A stretch of 38,550 nucleotides of DNA, taken from the NCBI RefSeq assembly GCF_001194135.2, contig NC_068990.1:51541864-51580413 (forward strand). The letters run 5' to 3'. Below, piece after piece: positions 1 to 10,900 of the stretch. The position numbers and the translations under genes are program-made. Each line of letters starts with the position of its first letter. Within the stretch, counting starts at the first letter, position 1. This DNA comes from Octopus bimaculoides. Its lineage: Eukaryota. Below the pieces are notes generated by a model that saw only the letters and a list, made by a program, of their open reading frames with translations, had not been told where the DNA came from and did not search any database.

Positions 1-366
1 TACTTCACTTTCCGAAATAATTTCAACACATCTCTCTACGGCAAAGTCAATGTCAATGGATAGATAGAGAGATACTACATGGGAGCAGTTACATTCATTG
101 ACTCTGCTGAGGAGGTCCTCAGTGCTTTCACAAACATCAGGAGACATCTCGATGTGTGGTCTTAATATCTGCGAGAGGAAGAATGACGGCCTATAATTGC
201 TGGCAATATTGGCACCACAAATCGGTCGACATGGGGGGCCCATGATAGGGTCTGCAATGGGTTTATGGTCTTTTCGTAACCCATAGAGTGTAGGAACGTC
301 GTTGTTGGATGATGCGAAGTGGAGAGACAAGTTACTGAAGAGATTGCAAGAGTGCAATGAAATAAT
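1..366 (-). pseudogene. Penelope-like element reverse transcriptase fragment (runs off the window edge)
   Basis: Manual minus-strand translation, open from 366 to 1 and absent from the ORF track: ...DVPTLYGLRKDHKPIADPIMGPPCRPICGANIASNYRPSFFLSQILRPHIEMSPDVCESTEDLLSRVNECNCSHVVSLYLSIDIDFAVERCVEII. This matches PLE RT motifs PxLYGLxKxHK, RPI, and (D)VxSLYxSI. The motif-A Asp is missing. Confidence 0.8.
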
Positions 367-496
367 TTAACAAAAAACTATATAAATTAATAAAGGACTG
401 AACCAGTGCGTGTGTTTATTACCGGCATAATGCCTCTCCCAAGGTTTAATTGTATTTCTTTCAACACACGTATCCACATCAAGAATCTTGCACACG

Positions 497-509
497 AAAT
501 ACACATACG

Positions 510-547
<38 letters not shown>

Positions 548-630
548 ATATAACTTATATATACACACGCACGCATGTATGCGCGCACACACACACACAC
601 TCATACACACATATATATGTGTGCGTGTGT
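497..630. repeat. Compound (TA)n/(CA)n microsatellite
   Basis: Direct reading; pure (TA)n at about 512-544. Confidence 0.95.
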
Positions 631-1079
631 ATTCTGCATACACTTCTCTGTGTTATAGTGAACGTGTCTGGATCGATACTGAGCTATATATCGTGCTTAT
701 AATTAAAGTCAGTAGAAATTGTGATCAAATAATTTTGCAAGCTAAAAGGAATTACTGTAACAAAATTGAAGTTGACAGTAATCTTAAAGTTTGTGATATT
801 TCTGACACTATTGTAAGAAACACCATTTTGTTTATTAGAAACTTGACGTGTACTTCCAAGTAAAATCTTTTGTCTTCGTGATCTGATGTAAGTGTATTGC
901 ATAGGCCAGTATATTTTATATCTTTTACCTGATAGAACAGACAGTTACCCAAACTCAAGAGCATAATTTATCACTACAACAAATAAACTTATTGTCGCGA
1001 CACAGGCAATTGTATTTCCACTCTCACTTATGCAGACAGCAGAAAACAGTCAACGATGGATTATAGGTGCTGCACGTAA

Positions 1080-1215
1080 ATGCGCGCACGCACGCACGCA
1101 CGCACGCACGCACACACATACATCTACATACTCAGGCACGCTCACATACTTACCGGCCCTCACACACACACACACACACACACACGCACATACACACACA
1201 CATATATATATATAT
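1080..1215. repeat. Compound (GCAC)n/(CA)n/(TA)n microsatellite
   Basis: Direct reading. Confidence 0.95.
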
Positions 1216-2198
1216 TATGTTTGTATGTATGTATATTTATATATCAAAACAAACAAAGATTAATAAGAAATAATCCAGGCGAAATACGTCATAAGCTCTC
1301 TGTAACTAAAGATCCACCAGGTTAACTAAAAAGTTATATGATAGGGATTGTAGTCTAGGTAATCTGATATTAAGATCTCCAGTATAATTTGTAAATCTAT
1401 GGTTCTGTTACCTCTGGACACTCATCATATATGAAGTCATGACCAATTCATATTTAAATATATATTAGTGTTTACATTCCTTTTCCAGTCTCATTTGTTA
1501 CTCAATACGTTACTGAATCACAATTAACTTGCATCCAGCTTTTGTAATCTTCCACCCATGTGTTTTCTTTCCCACTTACATTCTTGTCTTACTTTGCCTT
1601 TTTCTATCTTTTGGGTGTTTTTATATAGCATATCATATAGTTTTATAATTTTGTTAATCCGTTTTATGGTTCTCCAACTTACTTCACCTTGCTTTTTTTC
1701 TAGTTTCTTTTTTCCTTTTCGTGTTCTCTCAATTTCTTTCTCTTCTTTTTAAAATCTCATCTCTTTTTATTCTCTATTTGTTTTCCTTGTCTCTTTCACT
1801 GTGACCCTTCTCTCTCTTTTTGTCATATTTTGTTTGTTTGTGTGCGAATTGACTTATTTCTTTCCTCTCAAAGTACGTATGATATCCCTCGCGATCAATC
1901 CAACTCTCAACATTCGTTCTCTGTAATTTAATGCAATAAAGTGTTCCCTGATTATCTGTTCTGATTAAGTATCGAAATGCATTTGGATCATCCAATGCAG
2001 TGTTCCAAGCAATCATAATACTGAAACTTGTGTTCATCTTAATATATTTGATATTTGCTCTGTATATCATAACTGGTAATACTGCTAAGTACAGTAGTTG
2101 CTTGACCAACATACTGGAAGCAGACCGGACTATGATAGTCTACGTGGAGCGCTAAACTTAACGGCAGTCGTACATCTATTTCTACAAACAAGATGCAG

Positions 2199-2199
<1 letters not shown>

Positions 2200-2241
<42 letters not shown>

Positions 2242-2282
2242 ATACACGCACACACACACGCACACACACACANNNNNNNNNN

Positions 2283-2328
<46 letters not shown>

Positions 2329-2345
2329 CACACACACACACACAC
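2200..2345. repeat. (CA)n microsatellite containing a 10-N gap (2273-2282)
   Basis: Direct reading. Confidence 0.95.
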
Positions 2346-2841
2346 ATGTATATATGCGTGTTGCAATTTTTCCTGGTTCTGGTTATTCATCTCCGTCTGT
2401 TTTTCCTGGTACGTCAAACTAACAACATTAACTGTGAAATCGCTGTTAATTCCGTTGCTTGTGTGTATGTGCGCGCGTGTGTGTGCAACAAAAAGACAAC
2501 AATTGTGGGGAGAAATCTGTATTTAAAAGTTATTGAAATAAATATTGTTATACATACACACGTAACATAAACACGTACGCATACACGCACATACATACAC
2601 ACCCGTACACACAACACACCCGCCATATTCATATATCGCATCGCTGATTGAATGTCATAAATCGTTGTCTTGCAACCATTCATAGTGTTGGCTTTTTTAC
2701 AATAATTTACTTTTGCATGCAAATCCCAACACTTCAGTAAAATGCAATTGATGCAAGTCGATTTGCTCGATTTCGAACCCCTTTTACTTCCACGTATAAA
2801 ATCTGTTCATTTAATCAAAATTCAATAGGATTTTACAACTA

Positions 2842-4170
2842 CCAGAGATGCCCGGCATTGCTCGGGATTAAAATGGAATAGTTTGTATATATACATTACA
2901 GTTATGTTGAAACATGTGATACGGAAAAGTGCAGCATTGACTACAAAACATTTGTGGAGTAAATGTTGGGCTAATTCTACTAAGCGACATGCTATGCGTC
3001 CATCTAGAGGATTCCAAGCCCTAACCTGTAAAGGAAAATTGGGGGTGGGGTGCATATGATTTCTGAACACACTGAAAAGCTGTCAGTGGACATATTCTCC
3101 TTTGATGCAGTTGGTGCTGCGTCTAACATGACCCATTGTATGGTTGACAGTTGAATGAATGTAGGTGTAATGGAAATATTGTACGTAAATGGGTACATTC
3201 CGGAAAGGGGCTGGAATGGGAGGCGGCAACGGGGAAGTGAACTGTTGAAATGTTGTAGAAAGCAAAGGGTTAGCATTGTTGGTGTGGCTGTAGAATAAGA
3301 ATCATAAACTGAGTTTATGAAGTTACATGAGAATATGTAATAAGGAATTACTTGAAAAAATAAGGGGTTATGGCTTACGGTGTAGTTGGTGAGAGTAATT
3401 GGAGAATATGCTTGATACTGAAGTCCATGCTAGAAACTGCTTTGTTGGTGCAGTCTTCGGGTTTGTTGGTATTATGCCGAAATAGTATCCATCTTCACAA
3501 AGAGCAGTGTATACTGAGCGCATCGTAGGATGTAGTAATTCCTACAAAGCCTCTTGGTAAACAATATTCTTTGTTTTCCCTTCTGGAACAAATACAAATA
3601 GTTTTTTTTTGTTTGTTTGCTTCCCACTCTAGAGCAGCCAACATTTAATTGCTCGTGTGAGAAGCATGACTCTTCCAAGTGAAATTCTACCACAGTGTTT
3701 GACCCTGGGATTTATTGATAGACATTGCAATGCTGATACGAATAAGAAATTGGACTCTTCTAAATGAAAAAGGAATTTCTGCTCCCAATGGAATGAGAGG
3801 AATTCTGGATATGAAAACATAATCTACTTTTCTACATCCAGAGAGAATGGTGGCCTCAATTACATGTCGCACCATCCTCTTTACCACTAGGTGTGTCTCA
3901 TTGCAGAGTGTTGGTGGATCTAAATTCCTCAATAACATTACTGGAGTTCCCGCTTAAGTTCCAATCTGTGGGGAAGTAGTCCTGGAGGCTCCAATGAATT
4001 GAAAAATTCTGTTGGATAATTTACCACCTCTTCTGGATCTGGGATTGTATCAATTGACTTATTGTTGTGAGGACTGCCAGTAAGGTGCTGCAGAAGTCGC
4101 TCCTTCATTTCACTTACAGTGTTGTTTTCTGGAGTTAGTATTGCTCTTACGCTCAATATTGCTCTTTTCT
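2842..4170 (-). mobile_element. Helitron 3' fragment: C-terminal PIF1-like helicase pseudogene, subterminal hairpin and CTRR end
   Basis: Consecutive minus ORFs give AILTPENN...YPTEFFNSLEPPGLLPHRLELK, MLLRNLDPPTLCNETHL...FRRVQFLIRISIAMSINKSQGQTL and CFSHEQLNVGCSRV, all Helitron helicase motifs. The minus strand ends CCCGAGCAATGCCGGG (hairpin, 2851-2866), then CATCT-CTGG|T (CTRR at 2842-2845 followed by T). Confidence 0.9.
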
Positions 4171-4274
4171 TTATGTGAAAAATTTTAAGAGACTAAAACC
4201 ATCTCTGGAACATAAGTAATGTATGTTCCCAGAGTAAAGAAAATCAATTGTGAACATCAGACGTTATACAGGTT

Positions 4275-4282
4275 TACACACA

Positions 4283-4325
<43 letters not shown>

Positions 4326-4350
4326 ACACACAACCTCACTTATGTATATA
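4275..4350. repeat. (CA)n/(TA)n microsatellite
   Basis: Direct reading. Confidence 0.95.
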
Positions 4351-4429
4351 TATATATAGATAACACACACGTTACTAGCACTTGGTTAAAAAGTAAGAAA
4401 AAGTCTGATACTATTTCATGCGCAAAATA

Positions 4430-4453
4430 TTATAATTATTGTTGTTGATGTTG

Positions 4454-4536
<83 letters not shown>

Positions 4537-4545
4537 ATTATTACT
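4430..4545. repeat. (ATT)n/(GTT)n microsatellite
   Basis: Direct reading; source of the poly-Leu ORF. Confidence 0.95.
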
Positions 4546-4550
4546 ATATG

Positions 4551-4620
4551 AAGGTGGCGAGGTGGCAGAATTGTTAGCACGCCGGACGGAATACTTAGCG
4601 GTATTTCGTCTCCGTGAGTT
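4551..4620 (+). mobile_element. 5' fragment of tRNA-derived SINE (family B)
   Basis: AAGGTGGCGAGGTGGCAGAATTGTTAGCACGCCGGACGGAATACTTAGCGGTATTTCG aligns with the fuller copy at 32018-32178. It breaks at the B-box (TGAGTT). Confidence 0.75.
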
Positions 4621-4805
4621 TGTTGGTTACGCGTCGCACATGTGTTCGTGGTGAAAATTGCTGTTTATTAGTGTTACTATTTATAATAACTACTCTTTTA
4701 TTAACTGCTGTTTCTGTTAAATTTCTAACTGTTGGAGTTTTTATTTGAAAACACTAAGTGCTTGTAGAAAGCACACGTTTGCTCATTCCCCCGTTGGGGT
4801 GAAGA

Positions 4806-6198
4806 ATGTCGTCTAGCGAGAGGCCTAACGTTGGCACAGAAATGTCTGGTGAGACGAAGAACATTTTGTTGCCTGGCGAGGAGCCAACTACAAGAAAAAA
4901 ACCAATGGATTCCCCCGAAAAAGGAATTTTTGATTACCCCGTTACCAAAACGTACAACAAAATGTATGAGATATTTCGAGATGTGTCTGAAAGCTCGTCA
5001 GAACTTTCACAAGCAGATTTCCCGAGTTTGACAAAAAATAGTATTGTGCCGAAAAGAATAATCGATGTACCTAGCATCCAGACTGAGCAAACAAAAAAGG
5101 AAAAAAAAAGTTTTGCGTTGGCAGCTGGGGGTGGAACCCGGCTGCTACATGAAATATAGAGAAATAATGGAAGTGAACGATAGCGTGGTTAAAATACAAC
5201 CACCGGAGCAATTAATGCAAGAAGAAAAACAGAAGACAATAATATTTAAAACTTACTGTTTACAAAAAAGAAAAATCGAAAGATTTACAGATGAGAAGAT
5301 AGAAAAGTGTTTAAAGCAAATATGGAGCGACGTGGTGTATGTGACAAAAGGCAAGAAGTTTGGTACAGTGGAAGTAAGGTTTGCCAACAAGGAAATGGCA
5401 CAAAAGCATTCCGTAGAAACCCTGAAAACGGAAGACGTGGCGCTCATCCCCACCTGTATGGGGATGTGAACGTCCAGAATTAAGATAACAAGGGTCCCAC
5501 CGGAAGTGGATTTTATGTGGGCGGTGGAGGCAGTCCTAGTCAAAAAGGAAGAGAAAATTACTCTCCTCCAGGCTGCCGTTACCGAAAACGCTAACTGGAC
5601 TGGCCAAACAGTTAGTCTCCTTATCCAGGCTGACCCAAAAATAATTGAAGCAATTCCCGACACAATTCAGATAGGGGAGGAGAACCTCGTGGTGTTTGTT
5701 GAGGGTCGAAAACCCCGGTGTTTTTTGTGCGGCCAATTAGGCCACATTCGAAGGAACTGCAAGGAAAATGAGCAAGACAAGGAAGAGGAGAAAGAAGAAA
5801 AAGATGAAGAAGAAGAAAAAGAAGAAAAAGACGAGAAGAAAACAACAAACAAAAGAAAAATACAATCAGCTGCTCAACCGAGAGTGGCGACTACTACAGA
5901 AAAACGACCAAAAAAGACTGCAAGAAGAGAAAAAGAGGAGAAAGGCATAATAGCCGTATACAGTAAAGATACTGAACTAATGAGAGACATTCAATTAATT
6001 AAGACTGCAAAAAAATTAGATAATCTTTCGGAGAAATACAACAATTATGACGTGTATGAAGTCTCAAATAAGACTTATAGAATTTTACAAAACAAATACC
6101 GTAAGACAGTATCATCAATGAGATTGGACTTTAATAAGTCTATATTTAATGGACTACCAGCCCCGATCCCACGAAAAAAGAAAAGGTGGAGACCCTGA
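4806..6198 (+). pseudogene. Tx1 ORF1 (gag-like; RRM-like region, zinc knuckle, charged linker, C-terminal domain) with one frameshift and one nonsense codon
   Basis: ORFs 4806-5159, 5065-5469 and 5506-6198 join across a frameshift (about 5095-5157) and an in-frame TGA at 5467-5469. Copy 2 has Arg there, so CGA>TGA is likely. Motifs GKKFGTVEVRF and EGRKPRCFLCGQLGHIRRNC. Confidence 0.85.
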
Positions 6199-6321
6199 TA
6201 ATTCTGTAATGAGACGGGATTTTAACAAACCTATTTCCCAAGACCTGCCACCTCCGACCCTGTATCATGAAAAGGTGGAGAGTCCCTCTCCACCGGACAA
6301 GCCCTGATTAATAGGTAAGTC

Positions 6322-7615
6322 ATGTCTGTTCACATTGGTTGTATAAACATTCGTGGCCTGTTGTCTAGCTGGAAGCAAGGACGCTTCCTAAATGACATCA
6401 GGTCAAGAAAATTGGATGTGATTGTTGCAACGGATACCCGAGTAAAGGGGCCAAGAGATCTGTCCCCCCTCCTGAACGGTTACGAGAAATACGTTTCTCC
6501 GAGTCGGGCGGGAGGTGGGGGTGGGGTGTTGATCCTACTAAAAAGAAACCGGGTAACCAAGAAAAAGTTGTTTTTTTCTGATCCAGAAGGCAGGCTGGTC
6601 GTTCTCGACCTGATATTCAGTTGTAGCAAGATAACCAGGCTAGTTGCTAATTATGCATCTAATATTATGGGCCCGCAAAGTGAATATTTTCGTGACCTAG
6701 GCAAGTTCCTGGCCACGTTGCATTCGCTAGTATTGTTAGGAGACTTTAACACAATATGTGAGGCACACAGAGATTATGTTGGCTCGAATACGAACAGAAA
6801 ATGTAACCCAGGCTTACGTGATCTGCTAAGTCACTTTCAGCTAGCAGACCCATATAGGTTGGAACACCCGAACACTCCACAGTCGACGTGGTCAAATAGT
6901 GACGGGTCTTGCAGAACATATCTAGACAGAATTTTAATTAGAGAAACAGATAAGACCATAGCTAAGTGTCCACAGTTTTTTCTAGTCAGCTACAGTGACC
7001 ACAAGATGGTTACCTGTAAACTGACAATAGATAAGTTACATAGTCAGGGATCTGGNNNNNNNNNNCTACAGTGACCACAAGATGGTTACCTGTAAACTGA
7101 CAATAGATAAGTTACATAGTCAGGGATCTGGCTACTGGAAACTCAATACGTCCCTCTTGGCGATTGAGGAATACAGAAAGCGAATCAAGATGTTAATACA
7201 GGTATCATCATTAATAACAAATGGTGGTACGCCCTAAAAAGAGCCATCAAATATGAGTCTATTAGGTTTAGCATAAGTTTAGCTAAGAAGGGACGTAGAA
7301 TAGGAGATGGTTTAGTTAAAGAACTAGAAGAAGCTTGAAGGACTGGTAATGCGGACCAAGTGAAGGTGAAAAGACTGGAGTTAAACCAGCATCTTGAAGC
7401 CCAACACATGGGAAGTATTGCCAGAGCTAATTTACGCGCGATGGGAAGTGAAGGAATCAAGGCCGCTGGATGGGCCCGAGTGGTGGAAGCTCGGCAAGGA
7501 AATAGTTCCACTATACGGTCTTTGACGAATCATAATGGCGTCTTGATAAACGAATCCGAGAGAAAGTGTGAGGCCTTTCGGAAGTACTTCATCCAGCTGT
7601 TCGGGGGTGACGGCG
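6322..7615 (+). pseudogene. Tx1 ORF2 N-terminus: apurinic-like (APE) endonuclease plus linker
   Basis: IGCINIRGL, ATDTR (metal-binding E appears as D), LLGDFN, YLDRI, SYSDH, then YWKLN and ...KCEAFRKYFIQLF. Contains a frameshift near 7190 and a stop at about 7337. The RT domain is not visible before the 100-N gap. Confidence 0.9.
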
Positions 7616-7715
7616 NNNNNNNNNNNNNNNNNNNNNNNNNNNNNNNNNNNNNNNNNNNNNNNNNNNNNNNNNNNNNNNNNNNNNNNNNNNNNNNNNNNNN
7701 NNNNNNNNNNNNNNN

Positions 7716-7754
<39 letters not shown>

Positions 7755-7949
7755 TTGGAATATTTGTGTGGCTAAGCCGATTGGGCTCTTGCTGAGCTAA
7801 TCGATTAGGCGGAATTTTCCCCTTTTAGGGGCAAATTATTAATCTTAATCTTTGAAATTTTGTTTTGAAAGTTAAAAATTTTGATGAAAATGTCTTTGAA
7901 GAGAACTGTAAGCTGTTCCCTTCTCTATGCATCACACCCTCTGCAGACG

Positions 7950-10900
7950 GACAACAACACAAGTTGAACATCAAATGTTAACACACTCCTACCGATTCGC
8001 GCCTTAAAAGGCAAAGAAGAAAAAATGAAACAGCATTCCACCTCGTGCAGCGCTACAGAAGAAAATGAAGGCTGTTCTTTGGACCGCCTTTCGAATGAAC
8101 ATTTCCCTGCTCTCACCACCACTATCGCTCCTACACCGGAGAGGGAGAAAGAGAGAAGTGACGACATGTCTACCAAGGAAATCACACACCAGCAACACCA
8201 CCAAGACTAACACAAGCAACAACAAGAAGACCAACTGTAACGGTTTCGCATCCGCAGCAAAGCAAAGCTCGGAGGAAATCGATGCCACAATGGACGATAT
8301 TAAAAATGCAAAAGAGTTGTTAAGGAAGGATGGAAACAATGTCTTCCTTAACACTCCACAACAACTGATAAATGAGACAAACAAAAGGTCCATCATATAC
8401 AAAATATTCAACATAAAACATAAAAAAGTAGAAGGGACAACTCCACAGTAGGTGGAGATAACTCTAAAGCCGATATGGGCAAATAAATCGTTGTGATCGA
8501 GGGAAAGCGATTCGGCACTGTAGATGTTCGCTTCCCAAATGAAAAGGACGCAAAGCAGTATTCCACAGTACCCCTAAAAACTGAGGAATTGCTGCTTGTG
8601 TCGATATGCCTTGTTCGGCGCATTACAAAAATAAAAATAGAACAAGTGCCACCCGAACTCAATATATGCTGGCTAGTGGTAGCTGTCCTCTTCGACATAT
8701 AGGATACTGCCACAATTTTAGAAGTGCATAAATTGCAATGTCAAACTGGTCGGGTATGGGTGCGCAGCTTCTCGTTCAAATTGAACATGAAAGCATAAAT
8801 GCCATACCTGACTCCACAAATTTGCCAGACGGTACAAGGCTGCACGTTGCTGAGGAGGGGTGACGACTAAAGTGCTCCCTCCTCTCCAGCAGCGAAAAGC
8901 CCTTAAAATTGGATTGCCCCATATACAAGGATAGAATGGAGGCGGAAAGAAGGAAGAAGGCGCTAGTGTAAGAGACATCTCCAGTGCAGCAGCAGCAACA
9001 AGTGAAGATGCAGCTGAGGCAGAGAACAAAAGCTTCAGCATCACCAACACCACCAACAAAAGCGACATCACATCAAACCATCACCAGACCAACACTGACA
9101 TCGATGAAACCGGCCGGGATAAACATACCACCAACAACAACAACAACATCACATTCAACAGTAAGTGAAGCTACACTAGAAATAGTTGAAACGGACCCCA
9201 AAGACATCCCCTTTCCTGACCAAATCATCTCGGACAGTGCGAGCACTGATTGCGAGGAGGGGAGTGGCACACAATAACAACGAAAACAAAAAAAGGAAAA
9301 AGAAAACTAAAGAGACAACCGACAAAGTGGGAAGACGCGAGAAAGTAGAGCTTTCCGACAGCAATAGCAACAACATGCACTCACAACATTCAAGAACAAC
9401 AACAACAACACCTTCTCCAGCACTACCACCTCAAACACCAACACAAATTACAACACAGACACTATCACCACTACCAATAGAAACATCACGGCAATAAAAA
9501 CAAATAATGAAAATCTTGTAACCTACTTAAAAGAAAACACAAACACCACAATGGCAGATTTCGTCATACCCACACACAACACACCACCAGTACACATACT
9601 CAGTTTCAGACTAGTACGAGAAAACTACGAGATAATAAAGAACAAATATCCAGATGATGTTGGGTCGCTCGGGAAAAGTTTCTCTAGAAAAATATACAAG
9701 AATCTGGTGGAAATACCCACGCGAAAGCATAAGGGAGCCACCCCACCAAACAACGGCGGTAAGTAGAGCTTTTTCTCCTCTTTAAATCTTTTTCGACATG
9801 GTAGTGCTTAGAATCGGGAGCATAAATGTGAGGGGCCTAGGGTCGTCTTGGAAATAAGGTCACCTCTTAAACGACTTGAGGTCTTACGGTGAAGATGTAG
9901 CAGCTATTAGCGAAATCAGGCTCTCTGACCCGCGGGAACTCGCAGCCCTTTTCGGCGGATGCGAGATTTTTCTATCTCCGCGTCGGCCGGGAGCGGGCAG
10001 TGGTGGTACTACGGTGTTATTCAGCAAAGGCCTGGATTTGAAAATAAAGGCAGTCTTCTTGGATCTAGAGGGTAAGCTGGCATCCTGGATGTGAACAGTA
10101 GTGACAGTGGTGCCTGATTGGTGGTTGCCTACCCTCCGATAGGGGCAGGGCAATCGGATTATTTCAAGCGTCTGCAGGTTTTCCTGGGTACGTCTCACAC
10201 TTTAGTGCTAGTAGGGGATTAGAACGCTGTCTTAGACGAACGTTTCGATCGGGTAGGCGTGGGAACATCAGATAGGAGAGGGGGTGCAAAAGCCTCACCA
10301 ACCTGCTCAGACACTTTCATCTGTCTGACTAGTCAACCCGAATGTGCCAATGTGAACTTGGACGAATCGCATCGGGTCGTCTAGATAGTACTTAGATAGA
10401 GTTTTCTGTAGGCCAGCGGATAAGGACAGCATAGGGTCCTACACAGACCACAAATTCGTGATCTGTACGGTCGACTTAGATAGGCTCCTTAGACAGAGTC
10501 CCGGTTACTGGAAGCTAAACGCGTCGTTAACGGAGTGCAAAGCTTACAGAAACCGGATTAGCTTATTGCTTAAGCGGGCGTTGACGGGGGCAATTAGAGC
10601 AGAATTGATTAGGTTTAGTAAGGCTCTAGCTGTAGAAAGAAAGAAAGAAAGAAAATAGAGCGGGATTTAGTTAGAAAGCTAGACGAGGCTCTTAGGACAG
10701 GCATCGCGACTCTCGCGTTGGCGGCCAGGTTGGCCCCTCAATCAACACTTCGACGCCAAACACGAAGGCTGCGTTGTCAGAGCTATAACACGTTCGGTAA
10801 GCGGGGAGAGGACTAAGGCCGTTCGATGGGCCCGCGCTGCGGAGATGAAGCGTGGCAACAGAGCGACCATTCAGTCTTTGGTGGACCAGAACGGGCGCGA

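Larger units (their letters stand above)
4621..7615 (+). mobile_element. Tx1-clade non-LTR retrotransposon copy 1 (5' UTR, ORF1, ORF2 endonuclease and linker; cut by a gap)
   Basis: Two-ORF layout: ORF1 with a CCHC knuckle, then an APE endonuclease followed by GSGYWKLNTSLL, the linker typical of Tx1/L1 ORF2. The 5' boundary is approximate. Confidence 0.88.

Noticed and set aside
579-863. Possible host exon after TGTTATAG at 658
   Set aside because: No recognisable domain, weak donor, and the ORF begins in a microsatellite.
1774-2112. Minus ORF containing TSFSIMIAWNTALDDPNAFRYLI, faintly like a fibronectin type III start
   Set aside because: No LxPxTxY motif, no convincing splice sites and no neighbouring exons. 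TBLASTN or RNA-seq would be needed to revive it.
6990-7131. Exact 66-bp tandem duplication (6990-7055 and 7066-7131) in the endonuclease
   Set aside because: The copies flank a 10-N gap and removing one restores ...HSQGSGYWKLN, so this is an unmerged contig overlap.
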